From positions 1-60,917 of the forward strand of contig QPMI01000512.1 of the NCBI GenBank assembly GCA_004431415.1: a stretch of DNA of 60,917 nucleotides, given 5' to 3'. The DNA is from Cyanophora paradoxa CCMP329 (taxonomy: Eukaryota; Plantae; Glaucophyta). Of the stretch, positions 1 to 11,943 are shown piece after piece (position 1 is the stretch's first letter; the number at the start of each line of letters is the position of its first letter). The notes below the pieces were generated by a model that worked only from the letters and a program-made list of their open reading frames with translations, did no database searches and was not told the origin of the DNA. A program made the position numbers and the translations under genes.

Positions 1-1306
1 TTATTGGGGCGTTGATAAACAATTCAAGCCTTCTCGTGTTGAGGTGCTCCAATTGCGGATCCGGGCAATCTGTTCTCCTCTACTGGTGCTACCACTCGTG
101 TGGTCTTCTATCTCCCTCGCTACAATTGGTGCAATGGTATTAGCCTCCAAGTTACCATTCCATCGGCGAAGGCGCTGACTGCCATCGCCAAGACCTCGGC
201 TGACTGCTCGGCTGATCTATTCAATACTGGATTCGTCCGCGGGCTTCCTGGCTCGTTTGTTCAGCGAGTCAGCATTAAATACGGGTCGTATGAGCAAATT
301 ATTCCCGCTGAGCGACTGGTAGATTACGCTTTCCTGGCTAACACTCCGGCTGAATTCGACCAAAAGAAGCGCAAGCATGGGCTGCATCTCGGACCGAAGG
401 TGGAGGGCGGCAACCAAGCCGTTTTTTTATCTTAAGAGCTTCTCGATGCTGCGCGTGCCCATCGGTGCGCTCCCATCCGAAATCGCGGTCGAAGTATATT
501 TCCAAACCCCTGCGCTGCTCGAAACTGCGGCGGTTCCTGGCGTTTACGCTCAGAATAACACGACTGCAATTACTGCTGCCAATTCGACCGATGGCGAGAC
601 GACGCTTGCTGTTGCGGCTGCTTTCGGAAATATTAAGACCTTAGCTCACCCTAATGCCACTGCGATTTTCGATAGTGCGGCTCTCACACCTACACCTGCT
701 CTTGCGAATCTGGAAATGACGACCCCTCGTATTATGGATGGCTGTTAACATCGATGAGGAAACGATGGGCGAAATCATTACTCGTGTTAAGACCTCTGGC
801 ATCGCCATCCCCTACACTGATATTCAGTTTGCGGATTATACCGGTCTTGCTCTCGGCTCTGGTCTGCGCCTGTCACTATCTCAAATTTCGGGACCGTTTA
901 CGCACTTGTTGTCAAGGTTCGCGACGAAAACACACTGGGCGATAATAAAGGAGGGCACTCTACTGTCCGCACCTTGCCTTCGATGATAATGTCGTGATGC
1001 AAGTTCTAAATAACAACAATTACCTATACTGGTGTGTGCAATCCGCGGCTATGGAGCTCGCCGATAAATTCAAGATGACCAACTGGATCGATAGCAACAA
1101 GCGCCCCATTTACACTGGCTTTTGCTCTCGATGGTAAAGCGGCGCTCAAAGGTGAGAAGGCGACTGGCTACGTCGATCTAACACAATCAGCGTCGAGCTT
1201 CCTAATCCTCACACCCAATGGCACACCCCTCGCCACCTGGACAAAGGTCGGTGTTCAGATCTCGGCTTACTGCCACAATATTCTTGTAATGAATCGGTCT
1301 CAGTAG
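1..1306 (+). pseudogene. PLV major capsid protein (double jelly-roll), 5'-partial, frameshifted
   Basis: Fragments GVDKQFKPSRVEV / VVFYLPRYNWCNGISLQV / GIAIPYTD / SAYCHNILVMN align by eye with the PLV-B MCP (GTNPKYKPFLEQV / AYFDLPRKQLLAGVSLYF / GGIRIPITE / YALRHNVMVLN). Split over ORFs 100-435, 377-748, 738-986 and further. Confidence 0.7.
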
Positions 1307-1424
1307 AATATCGGCATGAGGAATCTCGCGGGCAAAATTTGATGTCATTTTTCTGACGTTTTCCATAGGAAAACTACTTAAAGAAAAGGCAAATACATAG
1401 AGTAAAGGGAAGGAAAGATCAAAA

Positions 1425-2359
1425 ATGCCGATGGGAAAACCTTACACTCAGGAGACATTCATTCAGAAAGCCAATGAAGTTCATGGAGAAGGGCGTTACG
1501 ATTATTCCAAAGCGAATTACTCAGGCTGTTACACGAAAATCACAATTATCTGTAAGAAATTAATTGTTCTTCTGCAAAACATATCTATGGTCAGGGATGC
1601 AATTCGTGCAATCGGAAAGATGGGGTATCCAAGCAAGCACACCGTGTTACTAAGGAAGGCTTTATTGAACGATCCAAAGAAATACATGGAGATAAATATG
1701 ATTACAGCCTTGTGGAGTTTGAAACAATGAAAGACAAGGTCAAGCTCAAATGTAACGGATGTGGGCTGTTATTCGATGTCTCTCCTCGAAACCACATCCA
1801 TATAAAAATGGATGTCCTGACTGTGGACGAAAACAAAGTTCAGAAAGCTCTTCGTTTAACTACTGATGAGTTTATTGAGCGAGCAAATGCAATCCATGGA
1901 AATAGATATGATTATAGAAAGGTTACATATGAAACTTCTGCAACAAAAGTAACTATAATATGCTTGTGGTAAAGAATTCGATCAAACTCCAAACTCACAT
2001 TTGGAAGGGGCTGGGTGTCATCTTGCAACTTATCGAAGGGAGAGATGATTATTCAAAACGTCCTCGAAGATATTGGTCTAGATTTTGAAACACAACACAC
2101 ATTCGAAGACTGTAAACTGCAAAACTGTCTTAGATTTGACTTCTATATCCCAAGCCTTAAAATTGCAATCGAATATGACGGAATTCAGCATTTCAAAGCC
2201 GTTCCATTCTTTGGAGGGGAAGAGCACCTACAATTGACAAAACTGCGCGATAGTATCAAAAGTAGATACTGTGCAACAAATGGTATTGCCCTGCTGCGAA
2301 TTGCATACACCGAAAAAGATGTTAATGGGGCTATTAAAAAATTCTTAATGTCGTTCTAA
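1425..2359 (+). pseudogene. Homing-endonuclease-like protein: DUF723-like repeats plus C-terminal PD-(D/E)xK (Vsr-like) nuclease, frameshifted
   Basis: Repeats 'TQETFIQKANEVHGEGRYDYSK' and 'TTDEFIERANAIHGNRYDYRKV'. C-terminal 'SKGE...LRFDFYIP...IAIEYDGIQHF'. Confidence 0.8.
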
Positions 2360-2405
2360 ATACAAAGATCTTATTTTTATATGTTTCTTATAAGGGAAAG
2401 CAAAT

Positions 2406-3080
2406 ATGACTGGAAACGTGAGTATAGAAGATCTTGCGGAATTCGACCCGGCAAGTCTTTCATTCCCTTGCCGTTTACTTGCTGTCGGAAAAACGGGAGT
2501 AGGTAAGTCAGTATTCTTAAAATACCTGCTTTACCACAACGAGGACAAGATAGATTCGGTGATGATATTCGCTTCCACGATCTGGAACCATCAATATGAC
2601 AATGTCACATCGTATTTGTATGAGGATTTCGATCATAAGCTGATCGACAATATAATACAGAAACGCAAGGAGCGAATCAAGAAAAAGGAGAAAGTCGGTA
2701 ACCTGTTAATCATACTCGATGATTTCATTGACAATCCAAGTCTTCGATGTCAGGAAGAGGTGAACCTATATTAAATCAGCTATTCACGTCGGGGCGCCAT
2801 TTATTCATATCTGTGTGGATTCTGTCACAAAAACTCACTAAGATTTCGCCGACACTTAGGGTTAACTCCGAATATATCTTTCTATTCTCGCTGCCCAACA
2901 GAAAAGAGATGGAGAGTGCTGAGACGAGTTAATCCATACGAAAAGCATTGGTTGAGAAGGTATGACGAATACAGTCACAGCTATCAGGTTATCTGCATTG
3001 ACAACTCGAAATATAGCCTGGAATTCTCTGTGGCAAGGCTGATCCGGTGCCTGACGAATTAAATTCAAGCGGTTCTTTAA
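2406..3080 (+). pseudogene. A32/FtsK-like DNA packaging ATPase (PLV-A), frameshifted
   Basis: Walker A GKTGVGKS, Walker B LIILDD, and 'LFTSGRHLFISVWILSQ...ISPTLRVN'. Confidence 0.9.
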
Positions 3081-3339
3081 AAACGGTGGAAGAGATAAAG
3101 CCCGCTGGTAAACAGCGGTAAAACAGAGCTCCACAGAGGTAAATGGCGACCAACCCCAAACACCGATATAACGAAACCTGTGAGTGGAAACGTCGCCACC
3201 TTAAAGCGATCCACCAAAAGAATAATCGAAGCCGACCTACTTAAAGACCCCAATCTATTGCTGGCATACCAAGAAAAGCGCCGCCCAAAATTTGCAAAGA
3301 AATTGGGTAAATTTGAATAAATTTCTCGCATAATGATAA

Positions 3340-4009
3340 ATGCCACCCAAGAACTCGCGGAAAGCTATCCAAATGGAAGATCAAAGCGCTGTTGTCGCTG
3401 GCAAGATTAATCCTGCGGAGGATGCCGGTCGCACTGGCGGTGCTGCCGCTTTGACCAAATAGATTTCGATCTGATTGACCCGAATACAAAGGTTTCAGAG
3501 CGTGCTCAAAAGGTGGATGCTAAGCGGGAGCCGGTCGATTCCACTGATAGAAAGCTGGCGGATCAATCCCTCGCCGAATCACAGCTCACAGGCGAAAAGC
3601 TAACCGATAATAAGGTGGTAAAAGCCGAAGCAACAGCCGCTTTACCTGCATCGATGGAAGCCCCTAAAAAGCGGGCATCTGTCTATGTGACCAAGGCGAG
3701 AAAGTCGGTCAGGAATTAGAGGAGAAGTTTAGGGCTCTGGAAGCGCGTTTAGCTACCTACGACACTACTGTGAGAGCCTTTGATGATTTCACTAAGGACT
3801 ATAAACAGCGCAAATTAATTAAGCAAGCTGTTCGAGTGGAGATGGAAAAGAAGCGGGCAACTGTTCCCGATGTTCAGACAGTCGAAAGAAAAGAGACAGT
3901 CATAGCTGAAAATGCACCAAAGCCGGGCGGTTTCGTTAACCCATCGGGTGTGCATGCACAGCCGGGTGCCAATCTGTCATCTATGTTCGGTGGGCGTCGT
4001 CGCTTCTAA
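3340..4009 (+). pseudogene. Hypothetical Lys/Ala-rich protein (MPPK... start), fragmented
   Basis: ATG at 3340 follows an AT-rich motif; consecutive + strand fragments at 3513-3719 and 3770-4009. Confidence 0.4.
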
Positions 4010-4209
4010 TGTGCAAGTCGTTCAAACATAAATGAATCCGCCCGTATTTAGAGCGGGTCTTAATATGAATTCCCTTGCAAAAGGGACAGGTCGGCTCCAC
4101 AAACACCATTATAAGGTCGACTAATTCGTATGGGAACAGGCGAGCAAGTAACACCCTCATTCCCTTTTCTTTTCTCCAATATTTAATACGTTGTGCAATA
4201 TTAGGGTCG

Positions 4210-4557
4210 ATGAATTTCATCACACAATGCATTGAGATGTTTCACCTGCATTTCATATCTCACTGTAAGTCCGGATGCTGCGACACAACCGTAGAGTTTG
4301 ACATTTCGGACGAGGATAATGGAGGTAGGCGATCATCTGTATATTCCAACCACAGCGATAATCACGATCGTCCCCGATCTCGATCGCCCTCGCCTGTGCC
4401 TGCGAACTCCAATATAGTCCCACAGACAGCAATAGAAGACGTGCAAGTATCCTATATAAGACGCCGCTCGTGCCCTAATTCCGTGGAAGGTCATTTTCGC
4501 GTTGATTCCCCGTATCCGCCAATAAATCCGCTTTATTTGGGCGAATACGATCGCTGA
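4210..4557 (+). CDS. Hypothetical protein (Cys/His-containing N-terminus, Ser/Arg-rich C-terminus)
   Basis: In-frame ATG at 4210 within ORF 4075-4557. Confidence 0.4.
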   Translation: MNFITQCIEMFHLHFISHCKSGCCDTTVEFDISDEDNGGRRSSVYSNHSDNHDRPRSRSPSPVPANSNIVPQTAIEDVQVSYIRRRSCPNSVEGHFRVDSPYPPINPLYLGEYDR

Positions 4558-4775
4558 AACTATTTTCGCGTTAAATAGTATCGAATGCCCGACCCCGATC
4601 TCTACGCGATCCTATACAGGAAACGCGCGCAATACGCATTGGAAGTCGCTATTAAAAAACGTAGAGAAGAACTCGCTTCGATCACAAAAAATGACAGCTC
4701 AGAAAATGATTTAAAGAAGAAATAGGAAATACGACTGATAAAATATTTTCTCCGCTTATAGTAAGGAACGAAAAG

Positions 4776-5033
4776 ATGACCACCATCGCTGCTGTAAATA
4801 TTGAGGCAAAGCTTGTCACTGAGGACATGAAGAAAGGCGACGGACTTAATTATCGGATCCGTGAAATCATCAAAATGCGGAATCGGTATAACGAGGATCC
4901 CGAATATCGCGAATTCAAGAAGAAGATGGCTTGGAATCGTATTATCGTCGCAAAGCCGAGGAGGGAAGCCATATGGGAAAGCGGGGGCGCCCCCGTAAGT
5001 ATTAGAAAACGCAAAACTCTCGATTGCCGCTGA
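4776..5033 (+). CDS. Small basic hypothetical protein
   Basis: ORF preceded by the PLV-A promoter-like motif. Confidence 0.5.
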   Translation: MTTIAAVNIEAKLVTEDMKKGDGLNYRIREIIKMRNRYNEDPEYREFKKKMAWNRIIVAKPRREAIWESGGAPVSIRKRKTLDCR

Positions 5034-5215
5034 GCGCATTCCTTATTTTTCGTGCGGCTTTCCGATGTAAATCGGGAAGCTCCTTACCATACTATCGATT
5101 GCCCCGATGCTAATCGATTTATCATCGGGAAAAAACTGTAAAGGGATTTAAGGATAATGCGCAAAAAATGAACAACCTGAAAAATATTTTCTCCGCTTAG
5201 AGTAAAACAGAGAAG

Positions 5216-5942
5216 ATGGACGCTATCACGAAATTCGCATTCTCTAATGTCAAGGGCACCTTTCTGAAATGTCTGACTGGTTCTCGCAATACGTCTAATT
5301 TGGTTGAGTTAACCGATGATGAAATTATTGAGCGCATCAATAACTCAAAGAAACGGGACAATATGACCTATCCTACATGGGCGAATGCATACAACCTGAT
5401 CAAGTGACTCGTGTTTATCTGGATCTGGACAAGTTCGTTGATCTGAAACCTGATGTAGCCGACAACTATAAGGAAGCCGAAGAGATCATCAGGGAAATGC
5501 GCAAGAAATTGCAAACCCTGTCGGGATCTACAATTGCGGTTGCTGTTCGCCATCGCCGGGTTCATTTAATCAAAGAGAATGTCACTAAGTTCAAGATTTC
5601 CGGGCATTTCGTATTTACCGATCTGGTCTGCCGCCACGAAGACATTCCAAAGCTTTTTAAAGCGATGGGTCTCATCAAAAATGTCGAGTTCGATAGTGGC
5701 GTTTATGGAACAACTCAAAACCTGATCTGCCTCCGTTGCTGCAAAGGCGAAGCTTTGGACGCTCAAAGCAAATCAAAGCACGATGTCGATAAGAATGTGG
5801 TGTTCACTAAGTTCATTGATTGCGAAAAAGAGGGCATGCACGATGGCTTTTTCCTGGTGCAATGTTTCGATCGCCCCACCAAGTGGGTGGAAGTAGACAC
5901 CATGTCAGCCTTTGCGGTCGATAAACCAAAGGAAGCTACAAA
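5216..5942 (+). pseudogene. N-terminal AEP primase domain of the PLV-A primase-helicase, interrupted by PLV-B
   Basis: AEP motifs RVYLDLD, KISGHFV, FDSGVY. One frameshift near 5375. The frame continues after 16963 if PLV-B is excised. Confidence 0.85.
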
Positions 5943-6130
5943 AGCTGAGCTGTGAGCATTACACCCAAAAATTACCCCAATATAATTTGCCCCTTCAAGC
6001 AATATCCGCATGATTCCCAGTAACCCAATCCCCAATCTCAGTAAATCTCAGTAAGCCTCAGTCACAATCTATTTTATTTAATCGAAGTTATATCTAAAAT
6101 CTAATCAATCGAAGTTATATGCATTACACC
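5943..6130 (+). repeat. Left TIR of PLV-B
   Basis: AGCTGAGCTGTGAGCATTACACCC...GCATTACACC is the reverse complement of 16770-16957. Confidence 0.95.
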
Positions 6131-6492
6131 AAATTTTACCGCATTTTATTTACGACATTCAGTAACAACGAGAGATTCCCGATGATACACCCAATATACC
6201 CATATTTCTCGATTGAATCCATAAAAAACAACAAACCATAACTAACACCCGTTACACTTTAAATTTTCCGATTGATTCACATTACACCCATGAGTTGTAA
6301 GATGACATAATACCCATTTCACGGAAGAGATTAACGCGCTGTTGACATACATAATATCTTCCTTTCTCTTTTGTGTAATTCACCAAATCTTTCCACGGGT
6401 TTCTACACATCATATGTTTTCATTCCATGTTAAATACTTTCTCGGAACCAGAGTAACAGTTAAACCACTCGAACGATTTTTAAATTCCTCTT

Positions 6493-6738
6493 CTATTTCC
6501 TTTCGTTTATTTTCAATTCGTCTAATCGTTTTTCGCAATCTATGTGGTTTAATATCCTCGAATTTCCCTCATCTTCTTCTCTGTTTTCTTCTTCTTTGGC
6601 TCTCTCTAAATTCTGTTCCTCCCGGTGTTTCTCACAATAGACAGTATATCTTTGAGATTCATAGCTGAAAAAGTCATGGGATCTTCGAACTGTGCAGCAT
6701 CCACAATCTTCATATGTTTCCGTCGTTTCCCACCCCAT
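6493..6738 (-). CDS. Small hypothetical protein (CGCC motif, acidic coiled C-terminus)
   Basis: 81-aa ORF with AAAATTGA upstream on the minus strand (6775-6782). Confidence 0.55.
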   Translation of the reverse strand: MGWETTETYEDCGCCTVRRSHDFFSYESQRYTVYCEKHREEQNLERAKEEENREEDEGNSRILNHIDCEKRLDELKINERK

Positions 6739-6835
6739 CGTTATTACTACCTCTCAAATTCCTTTTAAACTCTGTCAATTTTTGTCCCGATGCAAAAAAT
6801 GACGCTCTTTTTTAAGAGTTTATAACTTTGTAACC

Positions 6836-7303
6836 ATGGAACAATACCTTAACTTTTTCAAGCAAAACAACATAACCTATAAGGATGTTTCACATGTATT
6901 TGCGAAAAGTTTCGAAAGAGGATATATTATGATTGCACAGTTAGCAGTGAAAACACCAGAGATGGTTTATATTGCTCAATTGAAAAAAGACACGGCACCA
7001 TGTTTCCGAATTCAGGGTTACATAAAAAATGCTGTGGTTGTTATCAAAAATGAAGATTTCATAGTTTCTCCTGAATTCAAAGAGAACCATGTAAGAGATT
7101 TTCTTAGCCACCCATACAATTGTAATGTTTGTCTCGATGATAAGGAAAATGGGATAAGATGTGATACATGTAATGCTTCCGTTTGTTACAAATGTTGGGC
7201 GGAAATGAGCATGAATACAAATAAGAAATGTCCGGCATGCCGTAAAGATTTAGATTACCCGTTTATAATCCAAAATGGACTTAATACATTCGTTGTTGTC
7301 TAA
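6836..7303 (+). CDS. RING-finger-like protein
   Basis: CNVC...CDTC...CYKC...CPACR. Confidence 0.8.
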   Translation: MEQYLNFFKQNNITYKDVSHVFAKSFERGYIMIAQLAVKTPEMVYIAQLKKDTAPCFRIQGYIKNAVVVIKNEDFIVSPEFKENHVRDFLSHPYNCNVCLDDKENGIRCDTCNASVCYKCWAEMSMNTNKKCPACRKDLDYPFIIQNGLNTFVVV

Positions 7304-7402
7304 ACTGTTATCGTCGTGGGTTCATTACTAATTCTTATTGATTCTCTCTTTTTATCGCTCGTCTCTTAACAAACTTCTTAAAGCCCTTCATATCATCGTC
7401 TG

Positions 7403-8065
7403 TTAGTATTGCCCGATCAGTATATATTTTATATCATACCCTTGCAATCCAGTTATGACAGTTTGGTAATTGTAACCCCATAGTCTATGAAGTTCCTTGT
7501 AAGTCTTCTTATCGAGACCCCCATTATACTCATCAAAGGCGCAATTGAACTCTTTTTCGTTCCCAAGAATATTGAAAAATACTACGAACTCAACATTTCG
7601 ACGAATGGTAGTAGAAATAGAGCATAAACGTTGAGTATTAATAATTACTGTAATCGAATAATGACGGGCTGTCGTAATCAATTTAGAAAGGACAGCTGAA
7701 TTATGCATATCCAAAGAAGAACCTATCATATCGTCTAAGATTATAACCAAATTATTACGCTTCTCATTATTCTCAATTCGTTTCTTTTGCATGCTAATGA
7801 GTTTCACTACTACATTATCGTCCCATTCCTCATAGATATTATCAGGATGCGTTATATCTCTGAATTGACCAGTAAACGCAGTAGAACTAAAGACTACAAT
7901 CTGATCGATCTTATCCCTCAGTTCATAAAGTAGATATTTGCAGTAAGTTGTCTTACCAGAATTGCTGCGCCCACATAATAAAAAACGCGTGCTTAATTTA
8001 ACTGTTCTTGCAGGCTCAAACTCTGGGATGTCATTCAAATCAATATCCATTCCTGTGTTATCCAT
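7403..8065 (-). CDS. A32-like packaging ATPase (PLV-B)
   Basis: GRSNSGKT, VIILDD, ARHYSITVIINTQ, IRRN. Confidence 0.92.
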   Translation of the reverse strand: MDNTGMDIDLNDIPEFEPARTVKLSTRFLLCGRSNSGKTTYCKYLLYELRDKIDQIVVFSSTAFTGQFRDITHPDNIYEEWDDNVVVKLISMQKKRIENNEKRNNLVIILDDMIGSSLDMHNSAVLSKLITTARHYSITVIINTQRLCSISTTIRRNVEFVVFFNILGNEKEFNCAFDEYNGGLDKKTYKELHRLWGYNYQTVITGLQGYDIKYILIGQY

Positions 8066-8144
8066 TACAGTAATAAGATAAAAAACAAAATAAACCCCTT
8101 ACCTACTAATTTTGCGCTTCCTACTCTAACGAAAGAAAAGAACT

Positions 8145-9370
8145 TTAAAAGTTCGAGACTTTCAGGGTAGAGATGTTGTAGCCATTGAGGACCATAACAT
8201 TGTGTCGTAGGGCATAGATGTCAACCTGAACAGGAGCCGCATCAGTGCATCCCGAAACAGTGAGATCCATGTAGCTCGAACTGCTGTTGAAGAAATCCTG
8301 GTAACCCATAACCGAATTGTGGAGCGAATCTTTTCCGGACTTGGAAAGAACAATCCCGTAAACGTTTCCAGACTCGAATCCGTAGGTGGTATTGCCAACT
8401 GAAACACCCTTATAATGGGATGGAATGTGATTCATTGCCGAGAGGAAACCGGAAATGGGTTTGTTGGAGATATCAAGGAGCGATTGTTGTGGAAGATCTG
8501 GAACTGATCAATTTTAACAGCAGATTCATGACCACAGAAATCTGAGTGAGTGTAGGTGTTAAGTTTGTTCACCTCTCGAACAGTCATCAGAATCGAGTGA
8601 ACCAGACCGGAAACATTAGCGAGTGTAACCTCAACCGATTCACCAGCATCAGCGGTTTTGAGCGCTCGGGTCTTCTTGTGAATGACCTCTGTGATTGGGA
8701 TGCGAATGCCACCTTGTTCGTTCGCCATCTTCAAGAGTGTCTCAGCCTCAGCCGAAGCGATGTTAACGAATTGGCAGATCAGAGAGCAATCCGCAAAGGT
8801 AACAGATCCACCGGCAGGAACTTGGACAATCGCAGCATCACGGAAATCCACCTCAATCGTTGGCATATCTGCCAGTGTGCATAGTGGGAAGTAGGCATCG
8901 TCCCAGAAAGCAGCGGGGATTTTGACAATGTATTCCATAGCCTCATCTGTGCTTTCACGATCTGTCTCTTTGAAGTAACCGAGAGAAGCAAACATACTGC
9001 CCATAGTAGCGTGATCATTATCGACCAGGGCGTTTACAGTGATCCAATCACCAGGGATGATATACTTGAAACCACCATGAACGAAGCGGACCTCATTAAT
9101 GAAGGAGGAACCACCATTGGGGAGGGTGCAGGCTACCTCACCACCAGTGGCAATCTTGAAATAGAGGGAAACACCAGCAAGGAGTTGCTTGCGAGGTAGA
9201 TCAAAGTAAGCGGTATTCTTAAAGCCAAAAGTATTGCCTCGGGGACGAACTTGCTCGAGGAATGGTTTGTACTTGGGGTTGGTTCCAATTTGGAGACCAG
9301 GGGATAGATAAATTTGATCGGAACCGGGAGTTACGAGGAGTTCCTTAAGGGTAGTTGCAGTGAGTGCCAT
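8145..9370 (-). CDS. Major capsid protein (PLV-B), one frameshift near 8435
   Basis: About 400 aa when joined. Beta-rich DJR-like pattern (FGFKNTAYFDLPR...FINEVRF...FPLCTL...IEVDF...DIYALRHNVMVL). Lies between the ATPase and the penton gene. Confidence 0.8.
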
Positions 9371-9422
9371 CTCTTATGTTTAAAATACCAAAAGAAATTT
9401 TTAAAATGCTTTATTAGACAGA

Positions 9423-10322
9423 ATGACGCGTCATTACCTTAATATTGATTCTCGGGATCGGGATGATGGAACCCCAACGAACTTCACATACAAAATTCCC
9501 CATGCAATCCAAAATGTGAGAGCCTGCAGAGTGACCAACTTCGAGATGTTCAATAACATTTACAATCTCAGCGAGAATGGAAGTTTGATTACAGGAACCT
9601 ATGATGCTGGGGATGTAATTAAAACTAAGAATAACACTATTTCGAAAGGGACATATACCTCTGATAGTTTGGTTAATCTCCTAAATGCCAAACTTGCTTC
9701 ACAGGTATATGGTGCAGCAGGAACTACCTACACTCGCCATTTTCATGTAACCTATGATCCTGTTACCATGTTGCTAAGGTTCATGTGCGATGCAACATTT
9801 ACCCTCACCTTTGGAAGTCGGATTTTAGCGAACTTCCTTGGTTTCCCAGATCGCAGACCTGACAGTTCTGAAAATGGTTATGCTTCTGCCCTGCTCGATT
9901 CGCCAGTAACAGTTGGAGCAAATACTTATAATTACTACATTGACAGTGTTATACCGCTTGATCTTCTGTTCAACTCTTACATCCTTCTTCATGTTGACCC
10001 ACTCAAAGGCAACTATGTAAGCAAGAACACCAGCGATGATAAAGCCCTTGCGAAAATTGAGATTGACCAAACGGTAGGCAGTCTACTAAAATACGATTCA
10101 TCGAATAATTCCATGATCTTGCATGAGCAAAATGGTTTGGTGGAAGTTGAAACGCTAAAAGTTCGTCTCACATACTGGAATGGTGTTGAAACCGATATTA
10201 CTACAGATTGGTCGATGACTCTCGAACTGATTACTGAAGATGATAAAGATCTGACAAAGAAAGCATTGAAGAATGTCATAAAAGAGTTGGAGGGACTCTA
10301 CCTGCCGTTCTCACGGTCATAG
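9423..10322 (+). CDS. Minor capsid (penton) protein
   Basis: N-terminal 'YLNIDSRDRD..PTNF' and C-terminal 'LKVRLTYWNG...DWSMTLEL', typical of PLV/NCLDV single-jelly-roll pentons. Confidence 0.85.
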   Translation: MTRHYLNIDSRDRDDGTPTNFTYKIPHAIQNVRACRVTNFEMFNNIYNLSENGSLITGTYDAGDVIKTKNNTISKGTYTSDSLVNLLNAKLASQVYGAAGTTYTRHFHVTYDPVTMLLRFMCDATFTLTFGSRILANFLGFPDRRPDSSENGYASALLDSPVTVGANTYNYYIDSVIPLDLLFNSYILLHVDPLKGNYVSKNTSDDKALAKIEIDQTVGSLLKYDSSNNSMILHEQNGLVEVETLKVRLTYWNGVETDITTDWSMTLELITEDDKDLTKKALKNVIKELEGLYLPFSRS

Positions 10323-10358
10323 GAAATACTGTAGAATAAATTTGTCTCGATATTACAA

Positions 10359-11105
10359 ATGGCTCGCAAGACTCAGCCAAAGAATTTCTTAGCCAAACCA
10401 GTTGAGCAAGCAGAACCAGAACGGAAACAGTTTAAGAAATCGAAAGGAACCGCAGCATACGGAACTGGTGATCTCGATAAAAATGTTCACCAGACCATGA
10501 ATGCTCACACAATTGCGCTTACTTCAAACTCAAATGATGATAATGCCCTGGTTGACCAAGTCCCACTGAACCGCATGCCCGGAGCAAAACGAGGAATCAA
10601 GAAAGGGCAGTTCAAATCATCCACAAAGGACAAGGTTGCCTCATCATCGACACTGCTGAAACTGCTTGATGGTGGTGAGCGACTCTACTCAACCTATTCC
10701 GAGAAAGACCATCGCAACCGCTACTTTATTCGATCAACCACTGGCGGACTGAAATCTGTGACATATCAGTATGCGAAGAGTCTTGTTGATGGTATTGCAG
10801 CAGAGACCAAAAACGAAAACAAGATCAAGGAACAGCCAATCACAAAGGAGAAGGTGGAGAAGAAACCAGAGGTAACCCATGAAGTCATCCCTGAACCTGT
10901 TCATGTCGTGAAAGAATCACCAGCAGAACTGATTGCGAAGACAATTGATTATCAAGACTCCAACAAAACGGATTTGCCGGTCCTGAATAAATCAATCCTT
11001 CGGGTTGCCACTTCGCAGGCTGATCCAGTCAACTCGATTCCAAATGCTGCCCCAATGATCTCTGGATTCGCCAAGCTTGGTATAAGACCTGGATATCGCC
11101 GTTAA
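10359..11105 (+). CDS. Hypothetical Lys-rich protein (possible core/virion protein)
   Basis: Intact 248-aa ORF directly after the penton gene. Confidence 0.6.
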   Translation: MARKTQPKNFLAKPVEQAEPERKQFKKSKGTAAYGTGDLDKNVHQTMNAHTIALTSNSNDDNALVDQVPLNRMPGAKRGIKKGQFKSSTKDKVASSSTLLKLLDGGERLYSTYSEKDHRNRYFIRSTTGGLKSVTYQYAKSLVDGIAAETKNENKIKEQPITKEKVEKKPEVTHEVIPEPVHVVKESPAELIAKTIDYQDSNKTDLPVLNKSILRVATSQADPVNSIPNAAPMISGFAKLGIRPGYRR

Positions 11106-11457
11106 GGATCATTTCCGAATTTAAAAAATCTTGAACATTGTTAGCGCTACGTAACCAATCTTATCCCGTAGGCTCAAACACTTTTTCATTTTTATGGAAG
11201 GCGTTGTAGAGCGAAGTGAAATATCCATAGGTAAATCACTTTAATCACCTGTTCTACTGGGTTCAGTGGTAGAAACTTGCAGCCGACAAGTGAACCTTTT
11301 TGGGTATCGGTGGCTTTATCATTTTTCCAGCATCTTCTTTCGTACTGGATGCTCTGCAATCGGGACCAAAATTTGACAGGAGTTTAATCGCTATATACAG
11401 ACAGAAAAACTACTTAAAGATTTCTTAACATATATTAAGAGAGTAGAAAGGGACAAA

Positions 11458-11655
11458 ATGCCAATCAGTGAGGCTCAGAAGCGTGCTACTTACCGTTATC
11501 GTAAAACTGAAAAAGGTCAGGAATATTTAAAAAAGTATAATGCGAAATTCGCGAAGCAAATGCGTGATTTATATCATACTGATGAGTGTTACAGAGCCAT
11601 GAGAATCGTTGAGAGTTCCAGCGTCTCTATGCTTCCAATGCAGTCTGCTTTGTGA
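11458..11655 (+). CDS. Small basic putative DNA-binding protein
   Basis: MPISEAQKRATYRYRKTEKG motif; AAAATTTGA upstream. Confidence 0.55.
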   Translation: MPISEAQKRATYRYRKTEKGQEYLKKYNAKFAKQMRDLYHTDECYRAMRIVESSSVSMLPMQSAL

Positions 11656-11943
11656 AGTATCTCTATGGTGTCCCGTATTCTAACCGTGGTCGCAAATCGA
11701 AATATCTCTGTTAATCGTTTTTCTCAGCGCGATCTGCTCTGAGAAACCCGTGGGAACCGCGCTGGAACCACAAATAAAATCATTCTGTTATTTTTAGAGT
11801 TCGCTGATCGAGCCAACCCTTTGTTATTTTTATGAATGCCCTCGACTAAATTTATTTTGTTGGAGACTTTTGGTTTTGTCGGTAAAATTTGACGCGAGTA
11901 TAAAAGTATTTAAAGAAAACTTTTGTAGGTATATATTAATAGA

